From the NCBI GenBank assembly GCA_965659025.1, contig CBFHTW010000002.1, positions 1-53,957 of the forward strand: a stretch of 53,957 bases of DNA, in the 5' to 3' direction. This document shows positions 37,844 to 46,994 of the stretch, piece after piece; position 1 is the stretch's first letter; every line of letters begins with the position of its first letter. The notes below the pieces were generated by a model. That model saw nothing but the letters and a program-made list of their open reading frames with translations. It made no database searches and was not told the DNA's origin. The stretch is from Minisyncoccia bacterium. Its GTDB lineage: Bacteria > Patescibacteriota > Minisyncoccia > Phycocordibacterales > UBA2100. Position numbers and translations under genes: made by a program.

Positions 37844-38482
37844 ATGAGATTGTCGTCTGTCTTTTCTTCTGTGCTTGACGCGATACTTCCCAGGCGTACG
37901 CGAAGTATCGTGGTGGATACGCTCCTCCCCGAGCATGTACCTGTCACGCCCATAGTACATTCGCACAGAGGCATTCGTATCGTTTCACTTATGCAATACG
38001 AACACCCTGCCACAGAAGCGCTCATCAAAGCCCTTAAGTACGATGGTTCAGCGCGGGCGGCGCATGTGCTCTCAATACTCCTCGCGGAATACCTTGCCGA
38101 AGAGCTTTCTGACTCCGCTGTATTCTCCCCACATCCGCCACTCGTCATCCCCTTGCCGCTCCATACGGCGCGAAAAAGAGAACGTGGCTTCAATCAGATA
38201 TCACTCGTGCTCTCACAGCTTCCGCCGCACATGCGCAAGCTGGTACATGACACGTCTCTCGTGCGCATTCGCAACACCACGCCGCAAACACGTCTCTCGC
38301 GGCGCGCACGCCTGGCAAATATGGAACATGCGTTTGCCATTTTCTCTCCGCAAGATGTCTCTGGAAAACGCGTGATACTTATAGACGATGTAACCACCAC
38401 CGGGGCCACGCTCGCAGAAGCGGCACATACACTTGCGTCCGCCGGGGCGGATGTGCACGCGCTCGCGCTTGCACATGCATAA
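37844..38482 (+). CDS. comF: ComF-family phosphoribosyltransferase-domain protein
   Basis: KYDGSARAAHVL...RGFNQ...VILIDDVTTTGATL, the PRT motif. Confidence 0.85.
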   Translation: MRLSSVFSSVLDAILPRRTRSIVVDTLLPEHVPVTPIVHSHRGIRIVSLMQYEHPATEALIKALKYDGSARAAHVLSILLAEYLAEELSDSAVFSPHPPLVIPLPLHTARKRERGFNQISLVLSQLPPHMRKLVHDTSLVRIRNTTPQTRLSRRARLANMEHAFAIFSPQDVSGKRVILIDDVTTTGATLAEAAHTLASAGADVHALALAHA

Positions 38483-38568
38483 GCCGAAGAATCGCTGCGC
38501 CTAGAAAAAAAGTTCAAAAAGGGGTATAACCGTGAGGAGCTTAGGCGTTCACACGGCCTAGCATAAAC

Positions 38569-38656
38569 GGAGAGGTGCCAGAGTGGTCGAATGGAGCGCA
38601 CTGCTAATGCGTTGAACCTCAAAAGGGTTCCGAGGGTTCGAATCCCTCCCTCTCCG
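38569..38656 (+). tRNA. tRNA-Ser (anticodon GCT), long variable arm
   Basis: GGAGAGG/CCTCTCC acceptor, GCGCA-CTGCTAA-TGCGT anticodon arm, a long variable arm, and GAGGG-TTCGAAT-CCCTC T-arm. Confidence 0.9.
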
Positions 38657-38782
38657 CACCCAATGAAAATCGCGACCCTTGTGGCCGCTGTTTTCGTTGG
38701 GAGGACGGGATTCGAAGGCCGGACTGAGCGAAGCGAAGGAGGCGGGGTCGCGGAAATTTTGCGTAGCAAAATTATCCGTGAC

Positions 38783-38801
38783 CGAATCCCTCCCTCTCCG
38801 C
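38783..38801 (+). repeat. 19-bp duplicate of the tRNA-Ser 3' end
   Basis: cgaatccctccctctccgc is identical to 38639-38657. Confidence 0.9.
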
Positions 38802-38810
38802 TCCAACATA

Positions 38811-38842
38811 TTGAAAAGGGTGCTTAGGCACCTTTTTCAATG
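38811..38842 (+). terminator. hairpin terminator after the tRNA-Ser locus
   Basis: ttgaaaagggtgc-ttag-gcacctttttcaa. The single non-Watson-Crick position is G:U only on the plus-strand transcript. Confidence 0.55.
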
Positions 38843-38882
38843 TGGCGATACTCTACAAAAACACGTACACTAGTGGTCACAT

Positions 38883-39602
38883 ATGACACTTCCCATTGTT
38901 GCCGTCGCCGCGTTCCTTTCAACATTCCTCGGCGGACTTTTTGCGCTACGCTTGCACGACCGCCTGCACCTCATTCTTGGCTTCTCTGCGGGCGCAGTTA
39001 TTGGCGTGGCATTCTTTGATCTTCTTCCTGAATCTTTAGAATTGATCGGTAGTCAGTACGACCTGGCCACCACAACCGCACTCATCGGGCTCGGATTTGG
39101 TATGTACCTTATTCTAGACCGGCTCATTATCTTGCATCATCACCATGAGAATGAACCGCATGCACATGAGGCGCGTGGCGCTTGGGGCGCAGGGGCACTT
39201 TCTCTGCACAGTTTTTTGGATGGATTTGGTGTAGGACTTGCATTCCACGTGTCGGTGTCTGTCGGCATTGTGGTTGCCATTGCCGTCTTGGCACACGATT
39301 TTTCCGATGGCATCAACACCGTCTCAATGATCATGCGGCATGGCGGAACGCGTATACAAGCTCTCCGATGGCTCCTTACTGACGCAGTCGCTCCGGTACT
39401 CGGTATATGTGCCGCATTCTTCATCACCGTATCAACTACACAACTCGGCCTGCTTCTTGCCCTATTTTGCGGATTCTTTTTGTATATCGGAGCGAGTGAG
39501 CTTTTGCCAGAGAGCCATCATTCGCATCCCGTGCGTTGGACCACCATTGCGACAGTGCTCGGCATGGCTGTGATATACATGGCGGTATCAATCGCAGGGT
39601 AG
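38883..39602 (+). CDS. ZIP-family divalent metal transporter
   Basis: HSFLDGFGVGLAF and HDFSDGINTV motifs, a His-rich loop (HHHHENEPHAHE) and 8 TM-like segments. Confidence 0.85.
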   Translation: MTLPIVAVAAFLSTFLGGLFALRLHDRLHLILGFSAGAVIGVAFFDLLPESLELIGSQYDLATTTALIGLGFGMYLILDRLIILHHHHENEPHAHEARGAWGAGALSLHSFLDGFGVGLAFHVSVSVGIVVAIAVLAHDFSDGINTVSMIMRHGGTRIQALRWLLTDAVAPVLGICAAFFITVSTTQLGLLLALFCGFFLYIGASELLPESHHSHPVRWTTIATVLGMAVIYMAVSIAG

Positions 39603-39684
39603 CTATTCTTGCGACGATGGCGACATGCTACACTCGGTGCATATGCACTACTCACAATTTATACAACAGTTTGGAAACGGGTAT

Positions 39685-39912
39685 ATGAACACCACAGTCC
39701 CCGCATGGGCGGCAATCGGTGTCGTTGGTTTTATAGTACTCATGGCATGGAGCCTGGTATGGAAAGGGCTTGCCCTGTGGCGCTCCGCACAACGCGGAGA
39801 AAAAATCTGGTTTGTGATTTTTCTCCTCGTAAACACTGTCGGGATTTTGGAGATGATCTATCTTTTCCTTGTGACAAAGAAGGACGCTCCGACAACTCCA
39901 CCCCGGACATAG
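39685..39912 (+). CDS. small two-TM membrane protein (DUF5652-like)
   Basis: WSLVWKGLALWRSAQRGEKIWFVIFLLVNTVGILEMIYLF. The start is trimmed to MNTTVPAW. Confidence 0.6.
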   Translation: MNTTVPAWAAIGVVGFIVLMAWSLVWKGLALWRSAQRGEKIWFVIFLLVNTVGILEMIYLFLVTKKDAPTTPPRT

Positions 39913-39932
39913 GGCGTGGTGACAACGACACG

Positions 39933-39960
39933 AGCACAGGCCCCACACGGGGCCTGTGCT
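39933..39960. terminator. bidirectional 12-bp-stem hairpin between convergent genes
   Basis: agcacaggcccc-acac-ggggcctgtgct. Confidence 0.6.
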
Positions 39961-39986
39961 CTATGCGGCACGTGCGTGCCGCTGTG

Positions 39987-40151
39987 TTATTCGTACATAT
40001 CGCCTAGGTATGGAGGTGCGTCCTCGGACTCATCTGTGCGTTTACGTGCGTCCCCCTCGTCATCCTCATCAAGCCCCTCATGCTCTGTGTCAATCTCTGA
40101 CGCAGAGTCTTCGTGATCATCTCCCATGTATGGATCCATTGGTTCGTCCAT
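39987..40151 (-). CDS. possible small highly acidic protein
   Basis: MDEPMDPYMGDDHEDSASEIDTEHEGLDEDDEGDARKRTDESEDAPPYLGDMYE. There is no homology support. The longer ORF version overlaps the recG start. Confidence 0.25.
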   Translation of the reverse strand: MDEPMDPYMGDDHEDSASEIDTEHEGLDEDDEGDARKRTDESEDAPPYLGDMYE

Positions 40152-40236
40152 AAAAACAACAGTATTACTAAATAATGTTGGATATGTGATATCGTACCCA
40201 ACATCCTCATCTGCGCAATAATAAAAAAGGACACCT

Positions 40237-42450
40237 GTGTATAATTCCGTGATGGCTCCAGAGACATCGCTTGAGAGCGTATTTCGCCTCGCCCCCCTGC
40301 AACGTGCGGCGCTGAAGCGTCTTGGCATTTTGACTGTGCACGATTTGCTGTATCACTTCCCTGCGCGCTATGACACCGCCGGCAACGAACACGCAATCAC
40401 AGGCCTTGTGCCAGGTGCGCACATCACCATCTTTGGCGTCATTAAAAAACTAGAAACGCGCAAGTCGTGGAAACGAAAGATCCCCGTGGGCGAGGCTGTC
40501 ATCCACGACGGGAGCGGCTCCATCAAGGTCATGTGGTTTCATCAGCCGTACCTTGTAAAGAAATTTACAGAGGGTGCGTTTGTGCGCGCAGTGGGGGTGG
40601 TGGGCGGTACGCCAGGAAAGCTGTACCTTGCCAACCCTCACGTGGAACTCGCCGATGCGACCGACTCCGGCATATTTGCCACGGCACAGAAAACACAAAC
40701 ATCCGGTCCGGCAAAACTTTTTGCCGTGTATCCTGAAAGCCGCGGCATCACATCGCTCTGGTTTCGTCATGCGTTTGAAAAACTATGCGCCAGCGGCGTG
40801 TGTGCGAATATCCCCGACCCAATCCCCGAAACAATACGCACTGAATATCATCTTCCGGATTTGGGTACGGCGCTGGTGTGGATGCACGCTCCGGAAAAAC
40901 AAACTCACGCCGAAGCCGCACGGAAACGATTTTCGTTTGAGGAGATTTTTGTGCTACAGCTTATTCGCGCGCAGGAGCGCGCCGAAAACGACACGCAACC
41001 GACATTCTCCGTGACCAACGGAGAGAGCCACGTTGAAGAATTTATTGCATCGCTCACCTACACTCCCACCCGAGCACAACGCCGTGCGATTACCTCCATC
41101 ATAGACGACATATCAAAGCCGCACCCAATGGCCCGTCTTTTGGAGGGAGACGTGGGGAGCGGCAAGACGCTCGTCGCCGCGGCCACGGCGTATGCTGTGG
41201 TAAAAACTCGGCCGCCAGGACGCAAGAATGGCCTGCCTGCGCAGGCAGGAACACTGCAAGTGGCATACATGGCACCGACAGAAATCCTCGCCCAACAACA
41301 TTTCCAATCATTCGTGGAACAATTCAAACACCTCCCCATCAACATCGCCCTGCTTACAGGCAGTGGATGCAAAAAATTTCCCTCAAAAATATCTCCCGAT
41401 CGTACAACAGACATCTCACGGGCACAGTTGCTCAAATGGGTGGCCAATGGAGAGATCGCCATGCTCGTGGGCACGCACGCGCTCATCCAAAAGAACGTGC
41501 GGTTCCAGCATCTCGCGTATGCGATTGTGGACGAGCAACACCGCTTCGGCACAAGACAGCGCAGAGCGCTCGCCCACCATGGCCACACATCCGGCAACGA
41601 GAAAACGCCTCTGCCGCATTTTCTTTCTATGACAGCAACGCCGATTCCCCGCACGCTCGCGCTCACCATCTATGGTGATTTGGATCTTTCTGTTCTTGAT
41701 GAACTTCCTCCAGGACGCACCACGGTGCAGACTCGTATGCTTACTCCAGAGCGGCGAGGAGAAGCCTACGAGCGAATGCTCTCGGAGCTTAAAAGTGGGA
41801 GGCAGGTGTATGTGGTATGCCCGCGCATTGAGGAGCCCGACCCTGCCAAATGGAACGCGGTGCAGGCCAAATCGGCCAAGGCGGAGGCAAAACGTTTACA
41901 AAAAGAAATCTTTTCGGAGTATACCGTGGGGCTTTTGCACGGCAGTATGAAACCAAAAGAAAAGGATGAGGTGATGACACAGTTTTCCAACGGAGAGTTG
42001 CAGGTGCTTGTCGCCACATCGGTCGTTGAGGTAGGCGTCAACGTACCCAATGCGACAGTCATTCTTATAGAGGGCGCGGAACGATTTGGCCTGGCCCAGC
42101 TTCACCAGTTGCGTGGACGCGTCCAAAGGTCTTCTCATGCGCCCTATTGTTTTTTGCTCGCCGAGACAACAGGAGACACGAGTCTCAAACGCCTGCGCGC
42201 GCTGGAACAATCAAGTGATGGCTTCAAGCTTGCAGAGGCTGATCTGGAGACGCGCGGCGCGGGCAGTTTGTATGGCACACAACAGTGGGGAGTTACCGAT
42301 CTTGGTATGGAAGCGCTCAAGAATCCAAAGCTCATCGCCGCCGCGCGCACAGAAGCGCAGGCGCTCATCGCGCAAGATGTCTCACTCTCCAAACATCCGG
42401 TGCTCAGAGCACGCGTCGCTTCCGCGACGCGTGCGATACATTCCGAGTAG
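40237..42450 (+). CDS. recG: ATP-dependent DNA helicase RecG
   Basis: Wedge/OB N-terminus, Walker A GDVGSGKT, DEQHRFG, TATPIPRTL and QLHQLRGRVQR. The start may be the Met at 40252. Confidence 0.95.
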   Translation: MYNSVMAPETSLESVFRLAPLQRAALKRLGILTVHDLLYHFPARYDTAGNEHAITGLVPGAHITIFGVIKKLETRKSWKRKIPVGEAVIHDGSGSIKVMWFHQPYLVKKFTEGAFVRAVGVVGGTPGKLYLANPHVELADATDSGIFATAQKTQTSGPAKLFAVYPESRGITSLWFRHAFEKLCASGVCANIPDPIPETIRTEYHLPDLGTALVWMHAPEKQTHAEAARKRFSFEEIFVLQLIRAQERAENDTQPTFSVTNGESHVEEFIASLTYTPTRAQRRAITSIIDDISKPHPMARLLEGDVGSGKTLVAAATAYAVVKTRPPGRKNGLPAQAGTLQVAYMAPTEILAQQHFQSFVEQFKHLPINIALLTGSGCKKFPSKISPDRTTDISRAQLLKWVANGEIAMLVGTHALIQKNVRFQHLAYAIVDEQHRFGTRQRRALAHHGHTSGNEKTPLPHFLSMTATPIPRTLALTIYGDLDLSVLDELPPGRTTVQTRMLTPERRGEAYERMLSELKSGRQVYVVCPRIEEPDPAKWNAVQAKSAKAEAKRLQKEIFSEYTVGLLHGSMKPKEKDEVMTQFSNGELQVLVATSVVEVGVNVPNATVILIEGAERFGLAQLHQLRGRVQRSSHAPYCFLLAETTGDTSLKRLRALEQSSDGFKLAEADLETRGAGSLYGTQQWGVTDLGMEALKNPKLIAAARTEAQALIAQDVSLSKHPVLRARVASATRAIHSE

Positions 42451-42458
42451 TTATCTTA

Positions 42459-43805
42459 CTATTGTACCCACACACCTCCGCGGCACACGAAGCGCGGCTC
42501 AACGACAGTGAACGTATTGCAGCCATATGCACCGCCACTGGCGATACACTGACTTACCGTTGCACCTTCGGCAAAAGTCATGCCATTTGCCGTACATGTG
42601 GCAGGTGTTGGATATCCCATACCACCACCTGTAGGACCACTATTGTCTGTAATTACCGACGTGTTCGCGACGGGTGCGGCAGGTGTTGGATATCCCATAC
42701 CACCACCTGTAGGACCACTATTGTCCGTAACTACCGGCGCGTTCGCGGTGGGTGTGCAATTAATATCCTGGCCGTATCCAATCCCACCTGACATCGGACC
42801 GACACATCTAGGCGTACCTGAAGGGAGACTGTTTGTCGTAATAGGACCATCGGGCACGCAGGAGTTGCCCACCACACAACCATTGTCTCCGTACTTGTTC
42901 ATTGGATGGTATCCGGGTGCACAGTCAGATATAAACGCCACTGCCGGGCAAACATTCGCGGGTGTAGTTCCAACGCGCACAGTGAGCGATGCATCCGCGG
43001 TCTTTCCCGCAGAATCGCGCACAGTAAAGCGCACGGTGTACGTGCCTGCACGTGCGTATGTGTGAGTAAATGTTGCGGATTGTGTGAATGATTCACCATT
43101 ATCTGCCAGTGCCGCGATCTGAGCGAATGGCCCTTCATCGCCCCAGGTTACACGATACGAGAGCGTCCCTGTGGATGTTGCAACCGCTTTTACAGTCCAT
43201 GTGCCTTGTTCGCCAACTGCAAGTGCGGGAGGACCAGAGACTCCAGAAATCGCCAAAGGAGAGGGTGTAATTCCGTCAGGAACACACGACGGCTTATTGC
43301 AGTTATTTCGGTCTGTCACCATGTGTTGACCAGCTGGACATGCATAGTTGTATTCGTACACAGGGCACTCTTTCCTGCACTTTCTGTCCCAGATACTCTT
43401 CGTAAGTGATCCATAATATCCCGTAGGGGTCGAGCCAAGATCCTCTGCGCCAATAGCGCCTTGGAGTGCCACTACCTCAGCGCCGCGCGTACCATAAGTA
43501 AGTTTTTCATATTTGATACACCATGCCGGGGGAGTCTCTGGGCCACCGCCGCCAGGACATGCCGCAAATTCACACCGAGGTCCAATGCGGCCGACCGCCG
43601 AGCCGTCGGGGCAGATCTTTGCATCCATCGTGCAGGCGACAGGAGGAGTAGTGGTTGGAGTGGTAAGTATCTTCATTTGCTCCTGCAACTGTTGTATTTG
43701 TTGCATGAGTGTTTGGATCTGCGCGCGGATCTCGTCAACAGAGAGCGCACTGGCGCTAAGGGGAATAATGAGCGCGACGAGCGCACTAAGAAATATGCGT
43801 TTCAT
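42459..43805 (-). CDS. secreted protein: signal peptide + Gln-rich coiled coil + PG-binding-like repeat + PKD-like domain + Cys-rich modules + 26-aa tandem repeat
   Basis: LSVDEIRAQIQTLMQQIQQLQEQMKIL; YGTRGAEVVALQGAIG...GYYGSLT; TFTHTYARAGTYTVRFTVRDSAGK, a PKD-like pattern. Confidence 0.7.
   Translation of the reverse strand: MKRIFLSALVALIIPLSASALSVDEIRAQIQTLMQQIQQLQEQMKILTTPTTTPPVACTMDAKICPDGSAVGRIGPRCEFAACPGGGGPETPPAWCIKYEKLTYGTRGAEVVALQGAIGAEDLGSTPTGYYGSLTKSIWDRKCRKECPVYEYNYACPAGQHMVTDRNNCNKPSCVPDGITPSPLAISGVSGPPALAVGEQGTWTVKAVATSTGTLSYRVTWGDEGPFAQIAALADNGESFTQSATFTHTYARAGTYTVRFTVRDSAGKTADASLTVRVGTTPANVCPAVAFISDCAPGYHPMNKYGDNGCVVGNSCVPDGPITTNSLPSGTPRCVGPMSGGIGYGQDINCTPTANAPVVTDNSGPTGGGMGYPTPAAPVANTSVITDNSGPTGGGMGYPTPATCTANGMTFAEGATVSQCIASGGAYGCNTFTVVEPRFVCRGGVWVQ
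42600..42755. repeat. 78-bp tandem duplication (2 copies) inside CDS 42459-43805
   Basis: ggcaggtgttggatatcccataccaccacctgtaggaccactattgtc... occurs twice with a few substitutions. It encodes V(V/I)TDNSGPTGGGMGYPTPA. Confidence 0.9.
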
Positions 43806-43877
43806 ATCCGCCCATTATGGCGGCATCGCCTCCTACCTCCTATACCAAGCATGTGGACAGTCAGAAAACAGCGGACG

Positions 43878-45449
43878 CTATATGCCACCTTCGGCATGGC
43901 CGCTTGTGTTAATCACCACAGAGCCGAGTATCGTCTTGACCGCGTTCACCATTTTGTAGAGAGAAGCTGTATACACGCCAGGATTTGCGTAGGTGTAGGT
44001 GATTCCACTGGGGATACCGTCTTGCCAAGTGCTATTTGTTCCGTTACCAAAATCTATACCTGTCGGCGCAAGCGCCCTGTCCCAAGAGAAATCAACCCTC
44101 AAAGGCGTGACGCCGGAAGAAGGCGTCGCATTCAACGCACTGTCTGAAACACAAACAGGCGCGATCCTACATCCTGAACTGTTGTATGGTGTTTCCACAT
44201 GCTGGCCGACAGCACATTGCGGAACTTGGAACGTAATGTCTGTGCACACCACCGGGTCCGGCACACACACGGCCGAAAGCATACAGCCATTGGAGTCATA
44301 CCCGCTGGATCGCAGTGATGTCCCAGAACCACACACTGGTTGCTGATATACAGGACAGTTGATACCACGCACCGCCTCGGCAATAGGTATGGTGATTTTT
44401 ACAGAGGCACTGCCACATCTGTTTTGTGCGGTGATTGAGGACGTGTACTTGCCCGCTTGTACCGGCGTACCTACCAAAGACCATGAACGAATCACTGTAT
44501 TGCTGGACGTAGCCGTGGACGATGCCTTGCTTGAAAGCACAATCCCTTGTGGAAGCTTTTCTGCAGTCACGCTGAGCGGACTCTTCACATTTTTGTCTTC
44601 GGAAAACGAGACGAACGGGAATGAATACGCTGTGCCAACCATCCCACCCGGTACCGAGGAGATGGAGAACGACGGTGGTGTGCACGAAATCTCGTCTACT
44701 ACGGAAACAGGCAACGACACGCTCAAAGAGCCGTTCGTCACGGAAATAAGATACTGGCCGGGGGCTGAGTAGGTGTGAGTAAATGTGAGCGCCTGTGCCG
44801 CGCAAGAGTTTTGGGATACAGGTATGTCTTGGGCGGGTGTCTTGTCGCCATACTCAAGCGTGTATGTGGAAGCGGCACAGGACTTGCGCGTGTTGATTGT
44901 GGTGTGCACCGTCACGCTTTTGCCCGACTGACTCACGGAGAGAGTCGCGCCACGCGCGTTGTCACCCCCACACGCCATGCGAGCGCGAGTACGCGCGCCT
45001 ACCATTCCCCAACCAGTTGTCTGCTCGTCACCATCCGAGACGATCCCCTCGCGCGCTTGGTACGCGCGCAGTGCGGCGCGCGTGATGTTGCCGAAATATC
45101 CCGTGGCGGAATCTGCGGCAAGATCACCAGTGCCAACGAGATACGTCTGCAATTCAGAAACATCATTTCCTCGAGCACCCAAAGAAAGCGCTCGTGTTAT
45201 GCGCGCGCACGCTTTTGCCGGAAGTTGCTGAGGGGCTGTCATCGCCGGTGTTGGGTTTGAAACCACTGCGGGCGGCGTAGTGGTCGGAAGCGTGAGTGTT
45301 TTCATCTGTTCCTGCAGATGTTGTATCCTCCCGACAAGCGTGTTTATTTGCACTCTGATCTCGTCGTCGGTAAGCGCGCTCGCGCGTACCAAGGGCACCG
45401 CACAAACAACGCAAGTGAGAACAAACAAGAGCGTATAGCGGGTGCGCAT
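43878..45449 (-). CDS. secreted paralogue: signal peptide + coiled coil + PG-binding-like domain + PKD/Ig-like repeats
   Basis: LTDDEIRVQINTLVGRIQHLQEQMKTL; LSLGARGNDVSELQTYLV...GYFGNITRAALRAYQ; FTHTYSAPGQYLISV. Confidence 0.7.
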   Translation of the reverse strand: MRTRYTLLFVLTCVVCAVPLVRASALTDDEIRVQINTLVGRIQHLQEQMKTLTLPTTTPPAVVSNPTPAMTAPQQLPAKACARITRALSLGARGNDVSELQTYLVGTGDLAADSATGYFGNITRAALRAYQAREGIVSDGDEQTTGWGMVGARTRARMACGGDNARGATLSVSQSGKSVTVHTTINTRKSCAASTYTLEYGDKTPAQDIPVSQNSCAAQALTFTHTYSAPGQYLISVTNGSLSVSLPVSVVDEISCTPPSFSISSVPGGMVGTAYSFPFVSFSEDKNVKSPLSVTAEKLPQGIVLSSKASSTATSSNTVIRSWSLVGTPVQAGKYTSSITAQNRCGSASVKITIPIAEAVRGINCPVYQQPVCGSGTSLRSSGYDSNGCMLSAVCVPDPVVCTDITFQVPQCAVGQHVETPYNSSGCRIAPVCVSDSALNATPSSGVTPLRVDFSWDRALAPTGIDFGNGTNSTWQDGIPSGITYTYANPGVYTASLYKMVNAVKTILGSVVINTSGHAEGGI

Positions 45450-45466
45450 AGTGATGATGTTGTCGG

Positions 45467-46801
45467 CTAATTAACAGATACCGTAACGGAACCAGTGTCT
45501 ACTTGTTTTAGGTCTGCACCGCGCTTGAGCGTGATGGTGTAGTTGCCGCTTTGCGCGTATGTGTGCGAAAGAGAAATTTGCACGTCCCCCGCCGCGCACG
45601 ACCCCTGTGCCTGTATCGCGCTTGTCGTCGTGTCACCCCATGAGAGCTCGTAGCGCGTGCACTGCGACGCGAGTCCAAATTGCACCGAGATCGCAGAGAG
45701 GTTGCCGTTGTATCCAGGGGTGATGGTAATGCCGGTGGAGGCGCCGCCGCCCGCGGCGTTGTATGGAGCAACAGAGAATGTCGCCGAATTTACGCTGATG
45801 GCGGTGATGGTTACAAGATAGTTACCGATTTGGGTCGCCGATCCTGGGAATATAGACGGCTGATACTTCACGCCCTTGTCTGTGGCCGTCACTTGCGCGC
45901 CTGTTGCCACAGGATTGCCGTTGCCGTCGGTGCCCACCTGGAGCGCATCAAGGCGCAAGGTGAACGTGCCGGATACCGCACTCTGCCCAAGCAGAAGTTT
46001 GACCGTACCCGGGATGTTGAGCGCCACGGAAACCGGCAGATCCGTCGGAAGCACTGTCTGTTGTACCGGCCCCTGCGAACCAGCTGTGATGGTGACGGTG
46101 GATTTGTGTCCGCCCGCGCCGATGGATATCGCAAACGTGCCCGCGCGTTCATACACATGGTGGTACACCTGGCGCATCTCGCCACAGGAGCCTGTCGGCA
46201 CCGAAATAATTGTCTGCTGTGAGTTGTCTCCGTAATCAAGCACGTACGTTGCCGCGGTGCATGAGCGGCCAGTGTTTACAATAGTGTCCACCGCGACTTT
46301 TAGCGGCACTCCACCGGCAATAGGGGTCGCGGTGATCGTCGCACCCACGGGGGCGCTTCCGCATGCCGTGATAGCCGCGCGCGTCTTTGGCCCGACGACG
46401 CCCCAGCCGGTCGTCTCCGGAGAGCCGGAAGAAACAATGTTGTGCGAAGCTTGCCATTTTTGCACCGCGGTCTGCGTGAGATTCCCAAAGTACCCGGTTA
46501 TGGAATCATTTGCGAGAAGTCCTTGCGATGCAAGAAATTGTTGGAGTTTGATGACATCTGTGCCACGACTGCCGAATCGGAGTGTCTGGCCGAGCGAGAC
46601 ACACGCGATCGCGCCAGAAGGAGCGGCTGGTTGTGTTTGAGCAGTGGCATTTGCATTGGCACTTAGCTGTTGCTGAAGCTGTTGCACCTGCAAAAGAAGC
46701 GCTTGTGTTTGCGCAGCGGCCTCATCAGCGGTAATGGCGGAAGCGGCGACGGGTGCGAAGCACAACACGAGGACCGCCACATATACGTGGTATTTGTTCA
46801 T
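45467..46801 (-). CDS. secreted paralogue: signal peptide + coiled coil + PG-binding-like domain + Ig-like repeats
   Basis: ITADEAAAQTQALLLQVQQLQQQL; LRFGSRGTDVIKLQQFLA...GYFGNLTQTAVQKWQ; SHTYAQSGNYTITL. Confidence 0.7.
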   Translation of the reverse strand: MNKYHVYVAVLVLCFAPVAASAITADEAAAQTQALLLQVQQLQQQLSANANATAQTQPAAPSGAIACVSLGQTLRFGSRGTDVIKLQQFLASQGLLANDSITGYFGNLTQTAVQKWQASHNIVSSGSPETTGWGVVGPKTRAAITACGSAPVGATITATPIAGGVPLKVAVDTIVNTGRSCTAATYVLDYGDNSQQTIISVPTGSCGEMRQVYHHVYERAGTFAISIGAGGHKSTVTITAGSQGPVQQTVLPTDLPVSVALNIPGTVKLLLGQSAVSGTFTLRLDALQVGTDGNGNPVATGAQVTATDKGVKYQPSIFPGSATQIGNYLVTITAISVNSATFSVAPYNAAGGGASTGITITPGYNGNLSAISVQFGLASQCTRYELSWGDTTTSAIQAQGSCAAGDVQISLSHTYAQSGNYTITLKRGADLKQVDTGSVTVSVN

Positions 46802-46865
46802 GTCCTCTATTCTCGCACGCGATACACCAATGACAATCCCCTATCCACTGGAGTATGATGAGCTG

Positions 46866-46938
46866 GCACCCATAGCTCAGCGGTAGTAGCAGCCGTCTTA
46901 TACACGGCCGGTCGCAGGTTCGATCCCTGCTGGGTGCA
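46866..46938 (+). tRNA. tRNA-Ile (anticodon TAT)
   Basis: GCACCCA/TGGGTGC acceptor, GCCGT-CTTATAC-ACGGC anticodon arm (U34 A35 U36) and GCAGG-TTCGATC-CCTGC T-arm. Confidence 0.8.
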
Positions 46939-46994
46939 CACTTTAGTGAGACCTACAGTGGTGCTCATAGTTAGTGTATGATTAAATCACTACC

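Noticed and set aside
40152-40328. The long (113-aa) version of the acidic minus-strand ORF
   Set aside because: It overlaps the recG start region and has an implausible Arg/Cys-rich N-terminus. Only the short acidic 55-aa version is retained, at low confidence.
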